From Pelobacteraceae bacterium (lineage in GTDB: Bacteria > Desulfobacterota > Desulfuromonadia > Geobacterales > Pseudopelobacteraceae), in assembly GCA_041675485.1 (NCBI GenBank), contig JBAYTT010000001.1:8666-72665 (forward strand): a stretch of DNA of 64,000 nucleotides. Direction: 5' to 3'. Within the stretch, counting starts at the first letter, position 1, and the number at the start of each line of letters is the position of its first letter. Below are positions 56,536-64,000 of this stretch, in pieces. The notes below the pieces were generated by a model. The model did no database searches. It was not told the DNA's origin and saw only the letters and a list, made by a program, of their open reading frames with translations. Both the position numbers and the translations under genes were made by a program.

Positions 56536-58998
56536 ATGCCAGATCTGACTCCCTCCAAATTACCTCATCTGATTATTACCGGTACTGCCAGTACCGAAGT
56601 ATATTCGCCAATTCTCAAGCAAGGGCCCAAACACGTTCATCCTGTGCGCAATAGACAGCAACACGGCAGAGACCTCCTGACCAAACTGGAGCGGATCAGG
56701 GAAGAAGCCGTAGTGATAGGACGTGAACAAACCGCATTTGGCATCGACACTGGGAATGGTATCTACTTGCAGTTCGAGAGTGATCCAGAGTTCGAACTCA
56801 AGCTGGAAAGCCTGGAAAATGTTAAAGCTGGGATCGAGCTTGTTGCCGTAAAAAGTGACGACCACCGAATGGTCGCAACATGCTTTGTACCGGAAGGAGG
56901 GTTAGAGCATTTTTTCAAGTCATTCAATGATTATTTGGAAAAAGATACCAAAAAAGGGAAGCCTGTCCATCAGCCATTAGTGGATAGCATTAGTGACATA
57001 AAGCGAGCTGTTATCGATGCCCTCTGGACCGATGATATATGCCTTTTCCCTAGTGACGATGAGGTGATCTGGTGGGAAGTATGGCTCAGAGTAGGAAATG
57101 ATCGTGATGCCTTCGCGGACTTTTTCAAAAGTCATGCTCAAAACCTGGGTCTTGAGGTCGGAAGAGAAATTATTTTCCCAGAGAGGACAGTAGTTGCAGC
57201 TAAAGGAACTAAGTCGCAAATCGCACGTTCGATAACTCTACTGAACTGCATCGCTGAATTACGGAGAGCCAAAGATACTGCTGATTTTTTTTCGGCTATG
57301 GTGGCCGTGGAGCAAGTCGAGTGGATCAATAGTGCGTTGGGATTAATCACCCCCCCGGTTGATGATTCTCCAGCCGTTTGCTTACTGGACACTGGGATTA
57401 ATAACAGTCATCCACTGCTGGCAGTTGGCTTGAATGAAAAGGACATGGATGCGTATAATCCCACTTGGGGCATATCAGACCACAAAGGTCACGGTACTGA
57501 AATGGCAGGACTTGCTCTCTATGGGGATCTTACCGATATGCTTGCTACTACTGACCCCATTACCTTGTCTCATCGACTCGAATCGGTAAAAATTATCCCG
57601 CCTTATGGACAGAATCACCCTGATCTATACGGTGCCATTACAGAAGAGGCTGTCGCCCGTGCTGAACTGTTCGCACCCGACCGGCGTCGAGTAATTAATC
57701 TTGCAATATCGACGGATGACAAGGATCAGGGAAAGCCTTCCTCTTGGTCTGCAGCAATTGACAAACTCTCCTCAGGCTATGAGGATGACGAACGGCGTCT
57801 GGTTGTAATTGCCGCAGGTAATACCGCCTTGGATAGTCGCCATTTGTATCCTGACAGCAACTTGACGGATTATGTTCAAGACCCCGGTCAGTCTTGGAAT
57901 GCTCTTACCGTCGGAGCATATACTGAAAAAGTCTTGCTTGATGAGGCTGAATACCCTGGATGGAAGGTCATAGCTGCCCTTGGTGATCTTAGCCCGTGTA
58001 GCTGCACATCCATGATTTGGGAATCCGGATGGCCGACGAAGCCAGATCTGGTTATGGAAGGCGGGAATATGGCTATCGACCCTGGTTCAGGGCTTGCAGA
58101 CCATATTGACAGCTTAGCACTCTTGACAACGAACCGCGATTTCACTACGAAACCTCTCGTGACAACTGGAGATACCAGTGCGGCTACGGCCCTGGTCAGT
58201 AGAATGGCTGCAATTATTCAGGCTCACTACCCAGAACTTTGGCCGGAAACGTTACGGGCCTTGTTAGTGCACAGCGCCGACTGGACTCAGGCAATGCTCG
58301 ATCGATTCCACGATGGGAAGCGCATCGGTATTCGCAATCTGCTTAAATGCTTCGGTTATGGTGTGCCAAACATGGATAAGGCTATATGGAGCGCCCAGAA
58401 CTCTTTAAACTTAATTGTTCAGGATTCCTTGCAGCCATATGAGAAACAAAAGAGTGACTTCAAAACCAAGGATATGCACATTCACTCAATTCCTTGGCCC
58501 GTTGAGGTGCTACAGTCACTTGGCGACATCCACGTTGAAATGCGCGTCACCCTGTCATATTTTATTGAGCCCAATCCAGCACGTCGTGGGTGGACAAGGA
58601 GATACCGCTATGCATCACATGGCCTTCGATTTGACGTCAAGACTCCCGAAGAAACTTTGATGCAGTTCCGTCAGCGGATTAACCGTGCTGCTCATGACGA
58701 GGAGATGGGCGTAAAGTCAAAGAGTGACGTAAAAAGATGGGTGGTTGGACCTGACTTGAGAGGTCTGGGGTCTATTCACTCTGATCGTTGGCAGGGAAGT
58801 GCTGCTGAGCTTGCAACTCGTGGTTACATAGCAGTATATCCTGTTATTGGCTGGTGGCGGGAACGTCATTGTCTTGGTCGCTGGGATAAGTTGGCCCGGT
58901 ATGCACTTGTTGTCTCCATATCATCACCCGAAGAAAAAGTAGATTTGTACACTCCTGTTGTTAATATTGTATCCACTTCGATTGAAATAACCGTGTGA
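56536..58998 (+). CDS. cytoplasmic S8 (subtilisin-family) serine peptidase with large uncharacterised N- and C-terminal regions, IetS-like
   Basis: Catalytic Asp in VCLLDTGIN, His in HKGHGTEMAG, oxyanion Asn in IAAGN, Ser in TTGDTSAATA. No signal peptide. It starts 23 nt after the ATPase gene. Confidence 0.9.
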   Translation: MPDLTPSKLPHLIITGTASTEVYSPILKQGPKHVHPVRNRQQHGRDLLTKLERIREEAVVIGREQTAFGIDTGNGIYLQFESDPEFELKLESLENVKAGIELVAVKSDDHRMVATCFVPEGGLEHFFKSFNDYLEKDTKKGKPVHQPLVDSISDIKRAVIDALWTDDICLFPSDDEVIWWEVWLRVGNDRDAFADFFKSHAQNLGLEVGREIIFPERTVVAAKGTKSQIARSITLLNCIAELRRAKDTADFFSAMVAVEQVEWINSALGLITPPVDDSPAVCLLDTGINNSHPLLAVGLNEKDMDAYNPTWGISDHKGHGTEMAGLALYGDLTDMLATTDPITLSHRLESVKIIPPYGQNHPDLYGAITEEAVARAELFAPDRRRVINLAISTDDKDQGKPSSWSAAIDKLSSGYEDDERRLVVIAAGNTALDSRHLYPDSNLTDYVQDPGQSWNALTVGAYTEKVLLDEAEYPGWKVIAALGDLSPCSCTSMIWESGWPTKPDLVMEGGNMAIDPGSGLADHIDSLALLTTNRDFTTKPLVTTGDTSAATALVSRMAAIIQAHYPELWPETLRALLVHSADWTQAMLDRFHDGKRIGIRNLLKCFGYGVPNMDKAIWSAQNSLNLIVQDSLQPYEKQKSDFKTKDMHIHSIPWPVEVLQSLGDIHVEMRVTLSYFIEPNPARRGWTRRYRYASHGLRFDVKTPEETLMQFRQRINRAAHDEEMGVKSKSDVKRWVVGPDLRGLGSIHSDRWQGSAAELATRGYIAVYPVIGWWRERHCLGRWDKLARYALVVSISSPEEKVDLYTPVVNIVSTSIEITV

Positions 58999-59241
58999 TC
59001 AGCTCCCAAGTAAGGATGAAGTACCCCACCGGTTTGGAGCTTCAAGGGGGGACGGGACAACCCGACTATTTTTGACGGTTTATTCTTTGTTTGTGCAAAA
59101 TCTCATAAATGCAATCAACTCCTACTAAATTGCTCAATCTCTCCTTCTAAAAGTTCCTATCTGAATATTTTGTTTATTACACATCTCCCTTAATCAAACT
59201 CACACCTTCCCCCCTACAAGATTATCAGTCAGGAGGAACGA

Positions 59242-59748
59242 ATGTGTCGATTACCAGGCATCTGCCTGCTCATGATCAGTCTTGTCTGCATGCCGATCCA
59301 GGCCCATGCTTTCTGCTTCGAGGAGGCCGGGAGTCAATACGGCATATCGCCACAACTGCTTTGGAGTATTGCCAAGACGGAGAGCAACTTCAACCCCCGT
59401 GCGATCAATCGGAACAGTAACGGAACCTACGATTACGGTCTGATGCAGATCAATTCAAGTTGGGCCAAGAGACTTGGCAAAACATGGAATGAACTGGGAG
59501 AGCCATGCACGAATGTAAAGGTGGGAGCCTGGGTGCTGGCCCAATGTATTCAGGACTATGGCTACACCTGGCGAGCTGTCGGTTGTTACAACTCGCGTAC
59601 TCCGTCGAAAGGTGACCGTTATGCCGGTAAGGTATATCGAGTCCTTGCGGAGCACGCCAGGCCTCAGGCAATGACGATCGTTGCCTCCAACAGCACGCCA
59701 CGGTCCGTTTCGCCGTGGGATGTGGTGTTCATCGATGCTCTCCGCTGA
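59242..59748 (+). CDS. lytic transglycosylase (SLT domain), conjugation-associated
   Basis: Signal peptide; [18 protein letters not shown]...[10 protein letters not shown]. Confidence 0.88.
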   Translation: MCRLPGICLLMISLVCMPIQAHAFCFEEAGSQYGISPQLLWSIAKTESNFNPRAINRNSNGTYDYGLMQINSSWAKRLGKTWNELGEPCTNVKVGAWVLAQCIQDYGYTWRAVGCYNSRTPSKGDRYAGKVYRVLAEHARPQAMTIVASNSTPRSVSPWDVVFIDALR

Positions 59749-60445
59749 TCTCTTCGAAAAATACCGGTTACCGGAAGACGAGGTTGTCGATGCCGTTGAA
59801 TGTGCTGTGGCCAAGACCCTGACCAAAGCTTTTCAGAAACGTGTTGAGGTTCGGGCGGAGGATGGGCTGGAAATCATCGCCTATCCCGCACTGGGGTACC
59901 CGGTAGCTATCCCGCTTCAGAGCATCACCAGGAAACTGCGCCGGCATATCATCCACAATGTCGAGGCCGAACTGCAAAAACGACAGATCATGATGGAGTC
60001 AAACGTATTGAAGGGACTGCAGGGAAGAGTCTTCTCCGGAGTTGTTGGCAGAATCGGTGCGACCGGGACGCTGCATGTGACACTGGAAATAGAAGATGCT
60101 CTCAAGTCGCTGATCCTCTATGGAGAGTGCCCGACACGCAACCAGCCTCGCCATGAGCGCTCCTGCTACCGCATAGGCGAACAGCGGCGCTTCCTGGTCA
60201 CGAGTGTGCGTCCAGTAGTAGTGGGCGGAGATGTTGCGAAGGTTCGCCTTGTCCTCAACCGGGCATCACGGACCTTTCCGGCGGTGCTCTTCAGGGAACT
60301 GACCGGCATTACGGAAATCGAATGCCAGCGGCGTGTTGCCGGCGGATTCAGCGAAGTGGTCACTCCGGTGCGGATTCCCAAATCATCAATCAACACAGTG
60401 GGAAAGGAATTACGTGAGCATATTCAAGTCATCATCACCCCATAG
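59735..60445 (+). CDS. NusA-like protein (N-terminal domain + S1-like + partial KH-like), truncated paralogue
   Basis: Collinear by eye with E. coli NusA residues ~1-270: [45 protein letters not shown]..., [23 protein letters not shown].... Confidence 0.55.
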   Translation: MLSADLFEKYRLPEDEVVDAVECAVAKTLTKAFQKRVEVRAEDGLEIIAYPALGYPVAIPLQSITRKLRRHIIHNVEAELQKRQIMMESNVLKGLQGRVFSGVVGRIGATGTLHVTLEIEDALKSLILYGECPTRNQPRHERSCYRIGEQRRFLVTSVRPVVVGGDVAKVRLVLNRASRTFPAVLFRELTGITEIECQRRVAGGFSEVVTPVRIPKSSINTVGKELREHIQVIITP

Positions 60446-61793
60446 CAACATCAACCCGAAATTCATGACTTCCATCGGCACCGGTGTCCAGATGGAAAGG
60501 CCGACCCGGATGGGTCCGATTTCAATCCCGGATCAATACCGGAAACGGCACATGTTCGTTTTCGGCACCACCGGGGTCGGTAAGACCCGTCTTTGCGAGA
60601 ACCTTATTGAGCAGGACATCCTCAAGGGCAACAGCGTCGTCTACTTTGACCCAAAGGGTGACCAGCAGATTTTTACCAAGATTTTCGAGGTCGCCCGCAA
60701 AGCCAAGCGGCTCAAGGATCTGATGCTCGTGACGCCGATTTTCCCGGAATACTCGGCTGTCATCGATCCCATGGCCTATTACTTCATGCCGGACGAACTG
60801 GTCGGCCATATCGTCTCCGGCATACAGGGAGGACGTGAGCCGTTCTACCGCAACATTGCTAAGGAGATTACCACCGCCATCATCACGGCAAACATCATCA
60901 TCGCCAACTGGGAGGAGCGTCTGCCCTCACAGAACATGGACGCCATCAGGCAGAGCATCCGCCGCTCGTCGCTGAGCAGCACCATGGCGCTCCTGCAAGA
61001 GATCAAAACCCGTGAGGCGCTGCTGACAGCCGGCATGATTCAGGACATTCTCGAATCACCGCAGGAGTATTACTCGAAGGTTTCTTCAACATTACGCACC
61101 TGCCTGATGGAACTTTCCTCCGGCAACATCGGCAAGATAATCGGTCAGGCTGACAGCAACCGCTTCATCAGCCGACTTGAGAAAGGGAAAGGGGTCATCA
61201 TGGTCGTTCACACCGGCACCATGATAACCAGGGAGGCTGCCGCTACACTCGGCAAGGTTCTCCTGTCGATGATCCAGTCCTTCATCGGCAGGGTCTATCT
61301 TTCAGACAAGCAGAAAGTATCACCGCCGTTGTCCATCTACATCGACGAAGCCCAGAGCATTTTCTACCAGGGGGTGGAGGATCTCTTCGCCAAAGCCGGG
61401 TCGGCAGACGTGATGGTTCATGCTTTCGCCCAATCAGTAAACCAGATTTATGCCGCCATTGGTGAGGAATATGGCAAGTCGATCCTCGACAATACCAATA
61501 CCAAGATCTTTATGCGCTGCTCGGATGCCGAAACATCGGAGTATGTCGTACGCCATTTTGGTGTTCGCAACGTGCTGACCGGCATTTTCGGGTCTAATCA
61601 GGTCACAACCCGTGAAGTGGAACAGGATATTTTGAAGGTACAGGACGTTCTTGGGCTGCAGCCTCGGGAATTTTACATGTTGACCTATTCCGGAAGGTAC
61701 AAGGGTGTGACTCACGATGCCAGGGACCCGCAACTGCAGATCGTCTTTCCGCCGGCACCATCATCCATAACTGCATACAGGGACGGTGCATGA
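60414..61793 (+). CDS. type IV coupling protein-like ATPase (TraD/VirD4 family NTPase domain) without N-terminal TM helices
   Basis: Walker A FVFGTTGVGKTR and Walker B LSIYIDEAQS. GTG start at 60414 with an AAGGA RBS (alternative ATG at 60465). Confidence 0.7.
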   Translation: MSIFKSSSPHSNINPKFMTSIGTGVQMERPTRMGPISIPDQYRKRHMFVFGTTGVGKTRLCENLIEQDILKGNSVVYFDPKGDQQIFTKIFEVARKAKRLKDLMLVTPIFPEYSAVIDPMAYYFMPDELVGHIVSGIQGGREPFYRNIAKEITTAIITANIIIANWEERLPSQNMDAIRQSIRRSSLSSTMALLQEIKTREALLTAGMIQDILESPQEYYSKVSSTLRTCLMELSSGNIGKIIGQADSNRFISRLEKGKGVIMVVHTGTMITREAAATLGKVLLSMIQSFIGRVYLSDKQKVSPPLSIYIDEAQSIFYQGVEDLFAKAGSADVMVHAFAQSVNQIYAAIGEEYGKSILDNTNTKIFMRCSDAETSEYVVRHFGVRNVLTGIFGSNQVTTREVEQDILKVQDVLGLQPREFYMLTYSGRYKGVTHDARDPQLQIVFPPAPSSITAYRDGA

Positions 61794-63259
61794 TCACCAT
61801 AATCCTCTATTGTTGCGGTGCTCTCGGCATCCTGATGGTTGCCTACAACCTGTGGCGCATCCTGGCCAAACAGCCGGCGAATGCAGCACAGGAGCCGTGG
61901 GCGCCTCTGGAACTGTCAGAACTGGAACCGGATGACGACTTCCCTCGCACAAACCTTTCCATAGTCGCACCGTTATGGAAAGGACATGTCGTCCAGTTTA
62001 TCGATCTGTCCAGGCTTTGGCGGGAACCCCCACCAAAGGAGGAAGAAGAAGCGGCGGTTCCCCGTCCGACGTTCCGACATCAGGAGATTGAAGAGTTTTA
62101 CTTCGACATTGTGGAAAGGGAACCACTGATCAAAGGTAACCGTAAGACCGTCATCATCTATCTGCTCAAGATCCTCGATGTTGATGGGACATGCCCGTCG
62201 GTAGTCGGCATCAAGAAATACTCGGGAGTCGGCAAGCAGGTATCCGATCCGGATTCGGCATACGGAACTGCTGCTCTTGCGCAATTGGCTACTGTGCCCT
62301 TGTACCGGCACTCCCTGGGGGTGGCTCGCAAATTCATCGAGAAGAATACCGAAAGGATCATGCTGCCCACGATTCTTATTGTATCTCTGGCGCACGACAT
62401 CGGAAAGATCCCCTCATACCACAGCCAGTATTATTCGACAGCAGACCATCCGCAGATAGCGCTCATCATCCTTGCGAGTATCCCGGAGTATGTCGCGCTT
62501 CCTAACAGGGATGATCTCGACAGCATCATCCGCAATCATCACCAGATGACACCGAACAACCCTCTCACCGCATGTCTGAAGAAGTGTGATCAGGAGGCAC
62601 GTAATGATGAGATGGGGGCATTCCTTGGCCAGATGGCGCAGATGAAGAGTCCCACAGTGAGCGAACCGCCGGCATTCATTGCCCTGCCGCAACCTGAAAC
62701 GGCAAGCACCGCCGAAAGAGCTTCCCAGGAATGGGATCACCCCCTTGGTTCCCCGGAATCTGGCAAATTCACACCCAAGAAGATCAAACTTCCTGGCTGG
62801 TTCGACGCTGATATGATCCTTGAAGCTATCCGCGGATTGATCAACCAGGTGGAGAAAACGTCGGCAGGGGTCAAATGGCAGGCCATATCACTTCCAAATG
62901 GCTTGGTCTACCTGAAGCCTGATGCGCTCTGGGAGATTATCCATCAGGTGAGTGCCGGCGATCCGATGGTCCTGGTTGCTGACGCTGATGAAGAAACCAA
63001 ACGGAATATTCTCTATACCGTTGTCTGGGAGCTGAGCGCTGTCAGAGATGCCATCGCCACCGAGTTGATGACCAATGCGTACTACACGACGAGAGCGTCA
63101 ATCGTGTCGAGCAACGACAAGGCATTCTACAAGCTCATGATCCCGTTCCGGGTAGATGCTTTCGGCGTGCTTACCTCAGACCTGGAAAGCACCAAGCCTC
63201 CGGTCCTGAAAAAAATCGTCAAGGATATCAGGCCCAAACAGGCGGAGGAGAGCGAATGA
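61790..63259 (+). CDS. membrane-anchored HD-domain protein (possible MOBH-type relaxase-like)
   Basis: N-terminal TM helix IILYCCGALGILMVAYNLW; HD motif HSLGVA...VSLAHDIGK...ADH. ATGA overlaps with both neighbours. Confidence 0.7.
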   Translation: MITIILYCCGALGILMVAYNLWRILAKQPANAAQEPWAPLELSELEPDDDFPRTNLSIVAPLWKGHVVQFIDLSRLWREPPPKEEEEAAVPRPTFRHQEIEEFYFDIVEREPLIKGNRKTVIIYLLKILDVDGTCPSVVGIKKYSGVGKQVSDPDSAYGTAALAQLATVPLYRHSLGVARKFIEKNTERIMLPTILIVSLAHDIGKIPSYHSQYYSTADHPQIALIILASIPEYVALPNRDDLDSIIRNHHQMTPNNPLTACLKKCDQEARNDEMGAFLGQMAQMKSPTVSEPPAFIALPQPETASTAERASQEWDHPLGSPESGKFTPKKIKLPGWFDADMILEAIRGLINQVEKTSAGVKWQAISLPNGLVYLKPDALWEIIHQVSAGDPMVLVADADEETKRNILYTVVWELSAVRDAIATELMTNAYYTTRASIVSSNDKAFYKLMIPFRVDAFGVLTSDLESTKPPVLKKIVKDIRPKQAEESE

Positions 63260-64000
63260 GGAGACTGATCCTTGCAGGGATTCTGCAATTGACTGTGTCC
63301 ACGGCCTCTGCCGGATACTACACCAATTCGTCAACCGGTTGGTGGTGGTACCAGAAAGAGCCGGAGAAACAGGCCGAGAAGCCGGCAAAAAAGAAAAAAC
63401 CGAGCAAGCCCGTTCCGTCCCTCAAGGACTACACCTATGAGCAAATCTGGGATATGCATCCGGACCAGTTCCAGGAGTTTGCCGAAGTATTGAAAAAGAA
63501 GGCTGTCCAGAAGCCGAGCGAAGAAAACGTGAAGGAGTACTTCGAGGTACAGGAAATCGCCCGTAAGAAGGCGCTTGCTTTTTCCAACGTGGCTCAGTTT
63601 GTCTGGCAGAAGTACCCGGAACTGACCACCAAGAAGGACTACCCGATCACGACTCCCGGCAACCTGGCCCGGATCTCCCAGATCAATGAGGAGCGGCAGC
63701 GCATCCTGCGGGACAACCGGGATGACTTTGCCCTGATTTATTTCCAGAGACCTGACTGCAGCTACTGCGATGAGCAATCCCGCATCCTTGACTGGTTCAC
63801 CAACGAGACCGGCTGGACCGTGAAGAAGGTCAACATCAGTGAGAACCCGGGACTCGCCGCCAAATTCAGCGTGGAGATCACGCCGACCCTGATCCTGATC
63901 CAGAAAGGGAACCAGGATTATCTACCGGTCTCGGCAGGCGTCATTTCCGCCGACGAGATCGAAGACAAGGCATACCGGGCCGTGCGCCTCCTCAAGGGTG
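63256..64000 (+). CDS. traF: TraF-like conjugative pilus assembly protein (thioredoxin fold), partial at the window end
   Basis: My translation: MRRLILAGILQLTVSTASAGYYTNSSTGWWWYQKEPE...FALIYFQRPDCSYCDEQ...ITPTLILI. Open to position 64000. Confidence 0.75.
   Translation, partial: MRRLILAGILQLTVSTASAGYYTNSSTGWWWYQKEPEKQAEKPAKKKKPSKPVPSLKDYTYEQIWDMHPDQFQEFAEVLKKKAVQKPSEENVKEYFEVQEIARKKALAFSNVAQFVWQKYPELTTKKDYPITTPGNLARISQINEERQRILRDNRDDFALIYFQRPDCSYCDEQSRILDWFTNETGWTVKKVNISENPGLAAKFSVEITPTLILIQKGNQDYLPVSAGVISADEIEDKAYRAVRLLKG

Larger units (their letters stand above)
54434..64000. mobile_element. one end of an integrative conjugative element (F-like transfer genes) inserted in comM; extends beyond the window
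   Basis: comM homology stops abruptly at about 54430-54456. It is followed by XRE, cargo genes, SLT, a coupling-ATPase-like gene, an HD protein and a TraF-like gene, all on the + strand. No integrase is in the window. Confidence 0.6.

Overview
The window looks like a chromosomal segment from a Desulfuromonadales/Geobacter-like deltaproteobacterium. That assignment is an inference from gene content: many sigma-54, two-component and chemotaxis genes, plus a chemoreceptor with a periplasmic CXXCH haem motif. Most of the window is housekeeping and signalling genes, largely on the minus strand. Recognisable genes include rplU-rpmA, ndk, trxA, truA, hslO, asd, leuB, dksA, a haem/sirohaem cluster (sirC-like, ccsA-like, hemA, sfsA, hemC, cobA-hemD), tRNA-Ala(CGC) and tRNA-Leu(CAG). 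There are three accessory areas. (1) At 15.7-17.7 kb an AT-rich islet is bracketed by tRNA-Ala and a degenerate 31-nt copy of that tRNA's 3' end. (2) At 21.6-28.2 kb a PglB/STT3-like oligosaccharyltransferase (WWDWGY motif) sits beside an M23 peptidase and three secreted or lipoproteins. (3) From about 54.43 kb to the window end, a conjugative element is inserted into comM/yifB, of which only the C-terminal third remains. At its border the element carries an XRE gene, a possibly frameshifted ORF, and a cytoplasmic AAA+ ATPase + S8 subtilase cassette. That cassette has the architecture of the IetAS defence system and is my best candidate for the special system. The element then carries a lytic transglycosylase, a truncated NusA-like protein, a TM-less coupling-ATPase-like protein, a membrane-anchored HD-domain protein and a TraF-like protein. 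Other notable points are an in-frame TGA separating a receiver ORF from a CheB methylesterase ORF, a tandem MshEN-type c-di-GMP-binding motif fused to a receiver, a near-consensus sigma-54 promoter driving a tiny Lys/Ala-rich secreted protein, and several intergenic repeats. No CRISPR array, rRNA or transposase was seen. All functional calls rest on motifs I read in the translations; no database search was run.
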